From: Deltaproteobacteria bacterium
GTDB taxonomy: Bacteria > Desulfobacterota > DSM-4660 > Desulfatiglandales > HGW-15
Assembly (NCBI GenBank): GCA_016930835.1
Contig: JAFGGA010000047.1
Span: forward strand, 10,256 to 74,255
Reading direction: 5' to 3'
Length of the DNA stretch: 64,000 bases
Positions 9,576-19,394 of the stretch are shown here, piece after piece; position 1 is the stretch's first letter; each line of letters opens with the position of its first letter. The notes under the pieces are model-generated. The model worked only from the letters and a program-made list of their open reading frames with translations. It was not told the origin of the DNA and searched no databases. A program made the position numbers and the translations under genes.

Positions 9576-9992
9576 TTATCCCATACGGCTGATATATTTT
9601 GCTTTTTTAGATGGATGTCCACCATATCCTTTCAATGCCCTTTGCCCGTGTCGGTGTTCTTTTATCCTGACAAAAAGGCTGTCTTTTTTTTCAGAAATTC
9701 GGGTCTCCATTTCTTTATCAATTTTTTGGATGCTGTGGATGATTTTTGTGATCTCTTGAGAAAGGATATAGACTCTCGGATTTTTTAGGTCATCGGGATG
9801 ATTTTTCCCCATCGTTTGAAATTTTACCGTATTTCTATCAACCTCGTTTCGAAGACGTTCCCGCTGGGATTGCAGTTCGAGAAAACTTTTGCCCCGCTCA
9901 TCCTCAAGGGATTTTTCCTGTTGTAGGGCCAACGCTTCCATCTTCGTAAAAAGACCACGATTGATTTCCAATAAATCCAATAATCTTGTCAA
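9576..9992 (-). CDS. FliT/FlgN-like helical flagellar chaperone candidate
   Basis: All-helical 138 aa ending ALKGYG..AKYISRMG; TTG start after AAGGAG; perfect sigma-54 promoter upstream. Confidence 0.5.
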   Translation of the reverse strand: MTRLLDLLEINRGLFTKMEALALQQEKSLEDERGKSFLELQSQRERLRNEVDRNTVKFQTMGKNHPDDLKNPRVYILSQEITKIIHSIQKIDKEMETRISEKKDSLFVRIKEHRHGQRALKGYGGHPSKKAKYISRMG

Positions 9993-10063
9993 TGTCTCAT
10001 ACTCCTTTTGCCATCTGATTTTAGAAAAGGGATAAAGATTGAAATCTTCTCTTCATTCCCACC

Positions 10064-10079
10064 AGCAAGTAGAGTGCCA
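10064..10079 (-). promoter_or_regulatory. sigma-54 promoter (-24/-12)
   Basis: Minus strand reads TGGCAC-TCTAC-TTGCT, an exact consensus match. Confidence 0.85.
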
Positions 10080-10118
10080 ATCCAATCGATCTGGCCTTGA
10101 AAATTTAAGATAATAATC

Positions 10119-10132
10119 GTCAATCCATTGAC
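10119..10132. promoter_or_regulatory. GTC-N8-GAC palindrome, candidate activator binding site
   Basis: GTCAATCCATTGAC between divergent sigma-54 promoters. Confidence 0.55.
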
Positions 10133-10170
10133 GTAGTTGAAATATGCATCCTTTAATCTCACTCGGTTAA

Positions 10171-10184
10171 GTCGAAATTTTGAC
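10171..10184. promoter_or_regulatory. GTC-N8-GAC palindrome, candidate activator binding site
   Basis: GTCGAAATTTTGAC, 52 bp from the first box. Confidence 0.55.
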
Positions 10185-10245
10185 GAATTTCCAATCCGTT
10201 GTAGCTTGGACTAATTTGAACTAAATATATTTGCCACCCGCGTCA

Positions 10246-10261
10246 TGGCATGGGATATGCT
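10246..10261 (+). promoter_or_regulatory. sigma-54 promoter (-24/-12)
   Basis: TGGCAT-GGGAT-ATGCT, GG-N10-GC spacing. Confidence 0.7.
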
Positions 10262-10305
10262 ATTTTAGGGATGGGAAAAAAGAGCAAATCAGAGAAGGAG
10301 ACAAG

Positions 10306-10629
10306 ATGAAAAGGTTGGATATTATACCTCACGGGCTTCCAGCTGGATTGCTGGGTATCATGCTTTTATGCTTCCCAGTATGCCTACATGGCGAGGATGA
10401 ACCCTCAAAAAGCACTATGCCGGACGGGATATATATGAAATTAACAAAAGATTTTTATGAGGCCTTAAGAGGGGATGGCCGTTCCGGGATAAAGAGTTAT
10501 GCCAATGATCCCACAATTGAATATCTCAGGCAAATCACCATCTCATCCAAATTCATGGTGGAGACCAACCTCCAGATTCTTAAACAACAAGAAAAAATCA
10601 TTCAACTCCTTGAGTTTCGATATAAATGA
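10306..10629 (+). CDS. Small exported hypothetical protein
   Basis: ATG 10306 after AAGGAG; signal-peptide-like N-terminus; stop overlaps the TPR gene start. Confidence 0.6.
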   Translation: MKRLDIIPHGLPAGLLGIMLLCFPVCLHGEDEPSKSTMPDGIYMKLTKDFYEALRGDGRSGIKSYANDPTIEYLRQITISSKFMVETNLQILKQQEKIIQLLEFRYK

Positions 10630-13589
10630 ATTTGAATTCGAAAAGAACAATCGTTCACGGGCTCATCCTATTGATCTTGTCTTTAGATATGGCCATTCCG
10701 AAAGCGGTTTCGGCTTCGAATAATCTATTCGATATGGCGGTGGAGGATAATGGTGATGTGCTTCGTGTTATTCTCCAACTCAGTGATGTCCCTAAGTATC
10801 GAATCGGTCAGGCCCAAATCAATCAGGTTGTTTTGACCTTGTTCGACACCATCAAGGCGTCTCAAATCGAAGATGCGGTTGTCGGGAAGATAACCCTTTC
10901 CATTATCGACCAACCGGAGTCTTCTGATCTATCCCTAGGAATACACACAGGTAGGCCCGTCATCGAGATAAACAGCTCCTGGTCGGGTCCTGGAAAAAGC
11001 CTGATCTTGGACATTTTACAAGGCGATGAAGACTTAACCGAAGACCCCACTCCTTTTAAGGATGCATCGCTTGGGGATATCAGATTCGGGTTTCAAAATA
11101 AAGCGACCCGCATGGTCATGAGGCTAGATCAACAACCTTCATGGACCATGACCTATCATGATCCCTATATCATTGACATTCGTTTGAAGGCCCATTCTGA
11201 AAAGTTGAAAGGAAAGCGATATGGTCCCATGAATCGAATACAAGAGGTGATTGTCGTAAAACGGGATAATCAGGATATGAACATTGGCCTTCGATCTGAA
11301 ACGAGTTTGAGTCGTATGAAAATTTTTTGGATGCCTCCGGGGAACCGTCTGGTGATGGACCTTTTTGACGACCCTCTCGTGGTCACGAAAAAGGAACCAG
11401 AAACCGTTTCCCTTGCGGAAAAACAGGATGCTCATGATGTATTGCAAAACATTACAACCAAAGATGGAAATGAGCAAAACGGAGTATCATTTAATGGAAT
11501 AACGACCGCAGATACAGGACCGAAAATCAGGATGAAAATCCCACCTCAGCAGATCCATGGGGCCGAGAGAGCTTCTCAAATAGATTCGGGCGAATATGGA
11601 ACTGCCCATCATCTTTTGGCCAAACCCAAATTGAATAACAATCTTCCCCTCATTCCGATAGATGAAAAGTTCATTGAGGATTTGAGCCCTGGTGCGGCAT
11701 TCTTATTCGGTCGAATTCGTGAAGCACGAGAGCTAGATGATTTTCAGAAGGGTTTATCATTGATCGATCAATTTATCACCGAATTCCCCGAATCCCCTTT
11801 GATCGAGGAGGTCGTCTATTGGCGTGGTGATTTTTATTATCTCCTTTGGGGAAAAAGCGGTGATCAGACGGTCGGTGAAAAGGTGATCCAAAATTATCAG
11901 TTCGCCGTTACCCATTTTGGACAGTCGAAATACGCCCCCATGACATATATTAAAATGGCACAGGTCAGTTCGCAGATGGGGGATCATCTTTCAGCCATCG
12001 GTTATTTAAGTGTCGTCACGGGTGATAAAAAAAACGAGAACTATTTCCCACTTGCCTACCTGACAAGGGGAAAGATATATCTGAAAATGGATCAGCCTGA
12101 AAGGGCCGTTCAAGATTTTGAAACCCTCTTAAACCAATTTCCCCGTTCTCCCATCATCGCTGAAGCCAATTTTTGGATTGCTAATTATTATCATGCCATC
12201 GGACAATATGAAAAGGCCGCAGAGAGATTGGCCGAACTGGAAGACTCCAACGCCTTATTATACCTTGAATACCCGGAACACCTCCTGATGAGCGCCAAGA
12301 ATTATCTCTACTTGGAAAAATATGACATTGCACGTGATTATCTGTTTAAGGCCTTGAATCTCGGGCATCAACCCGAAACACCTGATCTTCTTTTGTCGCG
12401 CATTGGGGATACCTATTACCACCAAGCTCAAAAAGATGTGGCAGGGAAATTTTATCGGATGGTCATGGACTATTATCCCGGCACAGAAGGGGCCTCCATA
12501 TCGAAAATACGCATGGCGGATTATTTCTCGGATATTACCATGTTAGATGATTTGAGTGATAAAGACGGGGATGAACCCCTCAGCGAATTGGCCCTTTTGG
12601 AAAAGGCATACCAACTATATGAAAGGAAACAATATAGAGAGGTCATGGTGAGTCTTAAGGAGCTTATTTTAAAGTCGATCCCTACGGAAACCCGAAGGGA
12701 TGCCAAGCAACTCTATATGAAGGCCACGGAAAAAGAGATGGAAAGGCTCTTCCATGAGCATCTATTCGGAGAACTCATCGATCTATACGAGAAGAACAAG
12801 GGAACGTGGCCGGAGGTCATCAACCCGGAGGTTATGCTCCTATTGGCCCTGGCGTTTCAAAGTGTCAACCAAAACGATCAGGCTATTAAGATCTTCAAGG
12901 CCATCAAACTTTATGATTTGGATCAGACGGCTAAAGGGCAATATATCATGGGGTTGGCGAAGAGTCATCTTGCCGAAAACAAACTAAAAGACGCCCAGCA
13001 GGTATTGCTGATGTATAAAGACGAAGCCTTAAATGAAATTGACGAGCAACGGGCCATATTATTACTCGCGGATATCTCTTTGGAAGCGGGACGTTATTCA
13101 GAAGCCGAGAAGCTCTATCAATCATTGATACGGAATAATCCGAGGCTTCCGAACCTTGAGCTTGCCAAGGTTTATTACGCGATTGGAAAAACTTCCATGT
13201 TAAGTAAGCAGTACGCGCAGGCTGAAGAGGCCTTTAAATTAGCCATAAAATTGGGGGAGAAAGAAGCGATTGGGCAAGCATTTTTTTCAACCTCCTATAT
13301 CGGGCTTGGAAATCTATATCACCAAGAAGGCCGGTACCATGAGGCGGTCATGGTATTTGAAAAAGGCTTTGATCTGGGATATGGGCCGGACCAAGAGGAT
13401 TATTGGGAGAATCGATTTCGTTTGGCCGTCTCGTATATGAACAGCGGGAATAATGAAAAGGCGGTATCTGCCTTGAATGAAATCTCCGCAGAAGGAGACC
13501 CCGTGCTGCAGCAGATGGCTCAAATTCGATTGGGGTCAATAGATCTTGAAAGGTATTTAAAATATTTATCCATTCAATCGGGTCGATAG
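10626..13589 (+). CDS. Large exported TPR protein with N-terminal AMIN-like beta domains (flagellum-associated)
   Basis: Signal peptide; two VLRVILQL/TRMVMRLD..RLVMDL beta-rich repeats; many TPR helices from about residue 355 to the C-terminus. Confidence 0.8.
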   Translation: MNLNSKRTIVHGLILLILSLDMAIPKAVSASNNLFDMAVEDNGDVLRVILQLSDVPKYRIGQAQINQVVLTLFDTIKASQIEDAVVGKITLSIIDQPESSDLSLGIHTGRPVIEINSSWSGPGKSLILDILQGDEDLTEDPTPFKDASLGDIRFGFQNKATRMVMRLDQQPSWTMTYHDPYIIDIRLKAHSEKLKGKRYGPMNRIQEVIVVKRDNQDMNIGLRSETSLSRMKIFWMPPGNRLVMDLFDDPLVVTKKEPETVSLAEKQDAHDVLQNITTKDGNEQNGVSFNGITTADTGPKIRMKIPPQQIHGAERASQIDSGEYGTAHHLLAKPKLNNNLPLIPIDEKFIEDLSPGAAFLFGRIREARELDDFQKGLSLIDQFITEFPESPLIEEVVYWRGDFYYLLWGKSGDQTVGEKVIQNYQFAVTHFGQSKYAPMTYIKMAQVSSQMGDHLSAIGYLSVVTGDKKNENYFPLAYLTRGKIYLKMDQPERAVQDFETLLNQFPRSPIIAEANFWIANYYHAIGQYEKAAERLAELEDSNALLYLEYPEHLLMSAKNYLYLEKYDIARDYLFKALNLGHQPETPDLLLSRIGDTYYHQAQKDVAGKFYRMVMDYYPGTEGASISKIRMADYFSDITMLDDLSDKDGDEPLSELALLEKAYQLYERKQYREVMVSLKELILKSIPTETRRDAKQLYMKATEKEMERLFHEHLFGELIDLYEKNKGTWPEVINPEVMLLLALAFQSVNQNDQAIKIFKAIKLYDLDQTAKGQYIMGLAKSHLAENKLKDAQQVLLMYKDEALNEIDEQRAILLLADISLEAGRYSEAEKLYQSLIRNNPRLPNLELAKVYYAIGKTSMLSKQYAQAEEAFKLAIKLGEKEAIGQAFFSTSYIGLGNLYHQEGRYHEAVMVFEKGFDLGYGPDQEDYWENRFRLAVSYMNSGNNEKAVSALNEISAEGDPVLQQMAQIRLGSIDLERYLKYLSIQSGR

Positions 13590-13603
13590 GCATCCATCTC
13601 GAA

Positions 13604-14989
13604 ATGACGACAGCATGTAAAAATCATATTTTGTGGACGGCAACGCATTTATCTTTGCCCGAGGACCTGTGGCAGCGTTTGGAGACATTGGGTTACAAAG
13701 TGCTGATAGCGGACGCGGGCATGGTGTCACGGCTTGACACCTTATCCCCCCGGCTATGGGTCGGCCAGATTAACGGTGATCACGACTCCGTCTTCAGGCA
13801 AATACAAGATATAAGATCCAAGTGCTCCGATGTGTCTATCGTCCTTGCGAGCAGTCAACCCCATATTGATGAAGCGGTCCAGGCTATTAAGCTGGGTGTT
13901 TCAGATTATATCGCCCATAATATTTCGCCGGATCGATTGTGGGAGGTTCTGGAAAATGCCCTTTGTCATTCCTGCGCAACCCTAGCCCTTCCCGAGCCTC
14001 AACGATTGAAATCGTTAAAAGGGGATGGTGAGCCCATAGCGGTCCATCCGTCCATGATTAAGGTCATGGAAGTAGCCAAAAGGGTAGCCCCGAGTCGATC
14101 GACAATATTGATTAAGGGTGAAACAGGAGTAGGGAAAGAAGTCCTGGCCCGTTTTATCCATCATCAGAGTGATCGCAGAAACGAACCGTTTGTTGCCGTT
14201 AATTGTGCCGCATTGCCGGAGAACCTTTTGGAAAGCGAACTCTTTGGCCATGAAAAGGGCGCCTTCACCGGTGCTACTAACAGAAGGAAGGGCAAATTTG
14301 AATTGGCCGATGGGGGAACGCTCCTTCTCGATGAGATTAGTGAAATGGCCGTCTCCATCCAGGCAAAGCTCCTGCGGGTGTTACAGGAAAGGGAGATCGA
14401 TCGTGTGGGTGGGCAATCAACGATTCCTGTTGATGTGCGTGTTATCGCAACAACCAACAGGGATTTGGAAGCGGAGACAAAAAGCGGGAATTTCCGTCTC
14501 GATCTATATTATCGTTTGAACGTGGTCCCCTTGACCTTGCCGCCTTTGCGCAAAAGATTGGACGATATGGAACCTCTGGCCGAATTATTTCTCAATCAAT
14601 ATTGTGCCCTTAATAACATCCCTTTAAAGAGATTGGCTCCTGATGCGATAAATTTTTTAAAAGATCAGCCATGGCATGGGAATGTCAGGGAATTCGGGAA
14701 TGTGATGGAACGAATCTCCCTGCTGGTGGAAGGCAATGAGGTCCATGCTTGCGATCTCGAGTTGTTATGTGGACTGGAAGGACAAAGTAAAGATCAGGAA
14801 AGGGGCAATGACCAAGCAATCCCCTTAAAAGAAATGGAAAAAAAGATGATCTTCCAAGCCCTTGACAATCATCACGGGAATCGAACCCATGCGGCCAAGG
14901 TTTTGGGCATCAGTGTGCGGACATTGCGGAATAAGCTTCATGAATACCAAGATGGCATGGAAGAAGAAGGTGTTTCGGCAGGTGGGTAA
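13604..14989 (+). CDS. sigma-54-dependent flagellar activator (FlrC/FleR/FleQ-like) with degenerate receiver domain
   Basis: GETGVGKE, ESELFGHEKGAFTGA, LLLDEISE, WHGNVRE, Fis HTH GNRTHAAKVLGISVRTLRNKL; directly upstream of flgB. Confidence 0.9.
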   Translation: MTTACKNHILWTATHLSLPEDLWQRLETLGYKVLIADAGMVSRLDTLSPRLWVGQINGDHDSVFRQIQDIRSKCSDVSIVLASSQPHIDEAVQAIKLGVSDYIAHNISPDRLWEVLENALCHSCATLALPEPQRLKSLKGDGEPIAVHPSMIKVMEVAKRVAPSRSTILIKGETGVGKEVLARFIHHQSDRRNEPFVAVNCAALPENLLESELFGHEKGAFTGATNRRKGKFELADGGTLLLDEISEMAVSIQAKLLRVLQEREIDRVGGQSTIPVDVRVIATTNRDLEAETKSGNFRLDLYYRLNVVPLTLPPLRKRLDDMEPLAELFLNQYCALNNIPLKRLAPDAINFLKDQPWHGNVREFGNVMERISLLVEGNEVHACDLELLCGLEGQSKDQERGNDQAIPLKEMEKKMIFQALDNHHGNRTHAAKVLGISVRTLRNKLHEYQDGMEEEGVSAGG

Positions 14990-15002
14990 CCATTGAGGTT
15001 AT

Positions 15003-15016
15003 GTCAAAGTTTTGAC
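15003..15016. promoter_or_regulatory. GTC-N8-GAC palindrome, candidate activator binding site
   Basis: GTCAAAGTTTTGAC (extends to TGTCAA..TTGACA) upstream of the flgB promoter. Confidence 0.55.
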
Positions 15017-15100
15017 ATTAAATACGTCAAGTTCTATGCCAAAATGCCGTCATAAAAAAGGAACACCCTTTTGGATTCCCTGATCAGCGAAATGATGGCC

Positions 15101-15128
15101 AAGGCACACGGTCTAAGGGGCAAGGTTT
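15101..15128 (+). repeat. Degenerate heptamer tandem array
   Basis: aaggcac-acggtct-aaggggc-aaggttt. Confidence 0.5.
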
Positions 15129-15351
15129 AGAAAAAATGAAGATTTTGGCTTGAATACATCTTGTATCTCAGGTCTCATGCGTTATTCATGGATACCATCC
15201 GTGTAAATGGCTAAAGGTGCCAAACACTTTTGGCAAAAAATTTCAAAAGATAAGCCTGGCAATCTCTTACAAAGCCGTCAACCCGGAGCCGTATCAAGAA
15301 AGGGATATACTGCGGCCGGGGTCCAGAGATCATGAAACTATTTGAAAAGAC

Positions 15352-15443
15352 TGGATTCCGGTCTTCACCTGTCTGCGTGCGGACACGCACAGGCAGGCCG
15401 GAATGACAAAAACAGGCATTTTCTAGCTTTTTACGAGACCATC
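15352..15443. repeat. REP/dRS3-like palindrome with nested 30-nt hairpin and a MITE-like end
   Basis: TGGATTCCGGTCTTCACC[TGTCTGCGTGCGGACACGCACAGGCAGGCC]GGAATGAC, then TTTTTACGAGACCATC. Confidence 0.75.
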
Positions 15444-15448
15444 AAGCT

Positions 15449-15464
15449 TGGTATTCCTTTTGCA
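15449..15464 (+). promoter_or_regulatory. sigma-54 promoter of the flgB operon
   Basis: TGGTAT-TCCTT-TTGCA. Confidence 0.8.
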
Positions 15465-15503
15465 CTGAAAATCATAAATGATCCAAGAAAGGTAAAATGA
15501 TCG

Positions 15504-15905
15504 ATGAGATTTGAAAGGCTACTACAGAACCGGTTTATGAGCCGGACAGCGACGATTCTTTCACGGGCTTTGGACTTCCGGAGTGCTAATCAGAAAATTA
15601 TAGCGGGAAATTTGGCCAACATTGATACCCCTGGATATAAAACGCGGGAGTTCAATTTTGAAAACGTGCTCCAAAAAGCATCGGATAAGACGCAGATACA
15701 TTTGAAAACAACAAATCATAGGCATATAACGGATGTGACATTACCGCATGTGCAGGACGTGGAGATCAAACAATCCGGGTCATTAAACCTTGATACGGAA
15801 ATGGCCAAAATGATGCGGAACAATCTTTTATACGAAACATCCACAAAATTACTATCCAAGAAGTTTCAATCATTACGCGAGGCCATTGAATCCGGCAGGA
15901 GATAG
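15504..15905 (+). CDS. flgB: Flagellar basal-body rod protein FlgB
   Basis: NQKIIAGNLANIDTPGYK, LNLDTEMAKM..NNLLY. Confidence 0.95.
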   Translation: MRFERLLQNRFMSRTATILSRALDFRSANQKIIAGNLANIDTPGYKTREFNFENVLQKASDKTQIHLKTTNHRHITDVTLPHVQDVEIKQSGSLNLDTEMAKMMRNNLLYETSTKLLSKKFQSLREAIESGRR

Positions 15906-15910
15906 ACACT

Positions 15911-16348
15911 ATGGATTTAATACAATGCATTGATATCGCAGCCAGTGGCATGAAGGCCCAACGGGCTAGATTAAATGTAATATCCATGAACCTGGCTAAT
16001 GCCAATACCACAAGAACCGAAGATGGTACGCCCTATCGAAGGAAAACCGTCATTTTTGAAACCATACCGGTGAGTGGCTCTTTTGAAGACCAGTTACGGG
16101 GGTCCCTGGATAATCAAGTCCAGGCGGTTCGCGTGCAAGGCATCGTCCCGGTGTCGGGTGACTTTAAGAGGGTTTATGACCCGTCTCATCCAGATGCTGA
16201 TGAAAATGGGTATCTTTACCTGCCTAATGTCAACCTTGTCCAAGAGATGGTGCAGATGCTCAATGCCAACAGGTCGTATGAAGCTAATGTGGCGGCTGTA
16301 AAAACGGCAAGAGAAATGGCTCTAAGGGCCTTGGAAATCAGCAAATAG
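15911..16348 (+). CDS. flgC: Flagellar basal-body rod protein FlgC
   Basis: RLNVISMNLANANTTR, PYRRK, YDPSHPDAD..PNVN..EM..ANRSYEAN. Confidence 0.96.
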   Translation: MDLIQCIDIAASGMKAQRARLNVISMNLANANTTRTEDGTPYRRKTVIFETIPVSGSFEDQLRGSLDNQVQAVRVQGIVPVSGDFKRVYDPSHPDADENGYLYLPNVNLVQEMVQMLNANRSYEANVAAVKTAREMALRALEISK

Positions 16349-16391
16349 GAATTTTTTTCCCATTTTATATCCATCAATTTGAAGGAAAGCC

Positions 16392-16685
16392 ATGGATCCC
16401 ATCGATAAGGTGTCAAGCGAATCATTTTCCCTAACCAATTTGAATCAAGGGCGAATGAAACAGAATGAAAGTTTTCAGGACATATTCAGATCCCTTATTT
16501 CCCATACGGACAACATGATCAAGGATGCAAACCAAAAGGCTGAAGACTTTGCGGTAGGTAAAAACCATAATATTCATGAGATCATGATCGCATCTGAGAA
16601 GGCCGGATTGACATTTAAATTTTTGCTCCAAATCAGAAATAAACTCTTGGAGGCCTACCAGGAGATTATGCGGATGACGTTCTGA
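16392..16685 (+). CDS. fliE: Flagellar hook-basal body protein FliE
   Basis: IHEIMIASEKA..IRNKLLEAYQEIMRM. Confidence 0.93.
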   Translation: MDPIDKVSSESFSLTNLNQGRMKQNESFQDIFRSLISHTDNMIKDANQKAEDFAVGKNHNIHEIMIASEKAGLTFKFLLQIRNKLLEAYQEIMRMTF

Positions 16686-16801
16686 TCCAGTTGACGGCGT
16701 GCAGGTGATTAGGGTCAAGAATGGGATTTTATGAAAAAAGGAACTTCATCTCAATTTCATCTTATAAACATAGGTAAAACATCATTAATAAAGGAGTTGC
16801 C

Positions 16802-18379
16802 ATGGCGTCCATAGGTGAAAATTTTATTCAGGTCATCAAGGCGATTCCACCCGGGAAGAAGATCTCATTTATTGTCACCTTATGTGTGGTTCTGGGCGGA
16901 TTCGCGGCCCTTATTTTTTGGACCAACCGACCCAATTATCAAATCTTGTTCGCCAATCTTGAAGCCGGTGATGCGGCTCGGATCACGGAGCAGCTACAAG
17001 AAAAGCGTATTCCTTATCAATTAGAGAGCGGAGGCAGCGCCATTCTGGTTCCGGATGAAATGGTCTATCAACTCCGATTGGATCTAGCCAGCGAGGGAAT
17101 TCCCAGGGGAAACAGTGTGGGGTTTGAGATCTTTGACAAGATGTCTTTTGGAACCACCGAGTTTGTCCAGAGGTTGAAGTATCAACAGGCCCTCCAGGGG
17201 GAGCTGGCCCGCACCATCATGGGCTTTGATGCCATTGACAAGGTGAGAGTTCATATTGTGACGGCGGATGATTCGCTTTTCGCAAGACCTGAAAAACCAG
17301 CCACGGCATCCGTTGTGATTCGGACTTATCCGGGCAGGACATTGGAACAAAAGCAATTGCTGGGGATCATTAATCTGGTGGCGTGTGCCGTGGAAGGGCT
17401 CAAACCTGAAAATGTGACTGTCGTGGATATGGCGGGCGGGATGCTTGCCAAGGGAAATGACGAAAATACGGTCGGATCCATGAACAAGGCACAATTCGAG
17501 TATCAACAAAAAATCGAAAGCCTCTTTGAAAAAAGAATCCAGACCATGCTTGAACCGGTGGTGGGTGTCAATAAGGTCGTCGCTAGGGTAACAGCGGATG
17601 TGGATTTTCGCCAGGTCAATGTCTCTGAAGAAAAGTTTGATCCGGATAGTGCTGTGATACGTAGTGAGCAAAGGCAAAAAGAGAGTTCCACGGATGCCAT
17701 GAATCGGGCATCAGGTTCCCCGGATCTCAAATTTGAGGTTTACCAGACCGAGGGAGGAGCCGGTAGCGGCAGCAAGAATTATGAAAAAGAAAATGCCGTC
17801 ATCAATTATGAAATCAACAAGATCAACACCCAAATCATCAACTCCGCGGGAGAGATTAAACGGCTTTCCGCTGCGGTGATTATCGATGGACCTTACGAGT
17901 TAAAAGAGGATGCGCAAGGGAATATGGTACAAACCTTTGTTCCGCGAAGCCGAAAAGAGATCGCCACTTTTACGGATATTATCAAGAAGGCCATGGGATT
18001 TGACGAAGAAAGGGGGGATCAGGTGAATGTATCCAACATCGCTTTTAGCCTGCAGGAGGAAGCAGAGCTTTTTGTAGAACCGCAGACCGGATTCCTGGAT
18101 TACATCAAAAAGTCAGGGAAGATGCTATTTAATATCGCATTGGTCATACTCTTTTTTCTTTTTGCCATTCGGCCCTTTAAAAGATGGCTCAACCATGCTG
18201 GTGACTATGTAAATACCATGTCCCTTCAGCAGGGCGCGGAGATCGCGAGACTTGAAGATCAGGCGAGTGATGAGATCAGAAGAAAACAAGAGAACAAGCG
18301 GCAGTTGTTGGAAGCCACCAAGGAAAATCCTGATGCAGCCGCTGAAATTATTCGAAGATGGATCAACGAGGTAAGTTAG
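16802..18379 (+). CDS. fliF: Flagellar MS-ring protein FliF
   Basis: Two TM segments, GFEIFD..FGTTEF..ALQGELARTI, KPATASV, RLSAAVIIDG, RGDQVNV. Confidence 0.96.
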   Translation: MASIGENFIQVIKAIPPGKKISFIVTLCVVLGGFAALIFWTNRPNYQILFANLEAGDAARITEQLQEKRIPYQLESGGSAILVPDEMVYQLRLDLASEGIPRGNSVGFEIFDKMSFGTTEFVQRLKYQQALQGELARTIMGFDAIDKVRVHIVTADDSLFARPEKPATASVVIRTYPGRTLEQKQLLGIINLVACAVEGLKPENVTVVDMAGGMLAKGNDENTVGSMNKAQFEYQQKIESLFEKRIQTMLEPVVGVNKVVARVTADVDFRQVNVSEEKFDPDSAVIRSEQRQKESSTDAMNRASGSPDLKFEVYQTEGGAGSGSKNYEKENAVINYEINKINTQIINSAGEIKRLSAAVIIDGPYELKEDAQGNMVQTFVPRSRKEIATFTDIIKKAMGFDEERGDQVNVSNIAFSLQEEAELFVEPQTGFLDYIKKSGKMLFNIALVILFFLFAIRPFKRWLNHAGDYVNTMSLQQGAEIARLEDQASDEIRRKQENKRQLLEATKENPDAAAEIIRRWINEVS

Positions 18380-18380
18380 A

Positions 18381-19394
18381 TTGGCAACAGCGGCTCCGCA
18401 TATAAATGGCATTCGAAAAGCAGCTCTCTTCCTTATGACCATGGGCGAGGAGTTTACGGCTAGGGTCTTTCGGCATCTGGAGGAAGAAGAGGTCAAGGCC
18501 ATTGGTGAACATATGGCGCTGGTCAGGAATATCGACCCCAAGTCCGCTTCAGCGATCATGGATGAGTTTACCGCCGCCATTGGCGGGAATCAGAGCTTAG
18601 GTATTTCAGGAAAGGATTTTCTGCAAAAAACCGTCCCAAAGGCCTTTGATTCCAGAAAGGCGGATGATCTTTTAGGTGACCTTTTGTCAAAAGGCGGGGA
18701 GAGGCATTTTGAGCGGCTAAACACCCTCAATCCGCAGATATTGGCCAATCTGCTTATGGGGGAACATCCACAAACCATCGCCCTGATCCTGGTGAATATG
18801 AAATATCAACCCGCTGCCGAGATCATGCGATATCTGCCGGAACATATTCAAGGAGAAGTGATTATTCGAATAGCCGATCTGGAGGACGTGCCGAATGAAA
18901 TCGTCCGGGAAGTTCAAGAAATCGTCGATGAAATGCTGATTGACGTTGGGAAGGAAACCGGCGCAAAACAAGGTGGTATTGAAACAGCCGCGGAGATTCT
19001 CAATCAATTGGACCACAAGACCGAAAGCGCCATATTTGAAAAGATTGAAAGTGTTCGTGAAGAACTGGCTGACGAGATTAGGCAGAAGATGTTCGTTTTT
19101 TCAGATCTGGTTGCCTTGGACGATCGATCCATTCGATCGTTGCTTAAAGAGATCAGTAATGATGAATTGATACTGGCCATGAAAACCGCATCGGAAGACC
19201 TTATCAATAAAATATTCAGTAACGTAAGCGCGAGGGCCGCGGAAATGATGAAAGAAGACATGGAGATCATGGGACCCGTAAAATTGAGAGATGTGGAACA
19301 GGCCCAATTAAATATTGTCAAGACCGCTCGACGGCTCGAGGAAGAGGGTAAGATCATTCTAGGCGGTAAGGGAGGCGAGGAGGTTCTTGTCTAG
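18381..19394 (+). CDS. fliG: Flagellar motor switch protein FliG
   Basis: GIRKAALFL, EHPQTIALIL, GGIETAAEILN, MFVFSDL, SARAAEMMKED, GPVKLRDVEQAQ. Confidence 0.96.
   Translation: MATAAPHINGIRKAALFLMTMGEEFTARVFRHLEEEEVKAIGEHMALVRNIDPKSASAIMDEFTAAIGGNQSLGISGKDFLQKTVPKAFDSRKADDLLGDLLSKGGERHFERLNTLNPQILANLLMGEHPQTIALILVNMKYQPAAEIMRYLPEHIQGEVIIRIADLEDVPNEIVREVQEIVDEMLIDVGKETGAKQGGIETAAEILNQLDHKTESAIFEKIESVREELADEIRQKMFVFSDLVALDDRSIRSLLKEISNDELILAMKTASEDLINKIFSNVSARAAEMMKEDMEIMGPVKLRDVEQAQLNIVKTARRLEEEGKIILGGKGGEEVLV

Noticed and set aside
15061-15130. GNRA-like stem plus GGTCTAAG resembling a c-di-GMP-I (GEMM) riboswitch
   Set aside because: Lacks GGCAAAC and GACGCAAAGC core elements; better explained as a degenerate REP followed by a heptamer array. 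An Infernal/Rfam scan would settle it.
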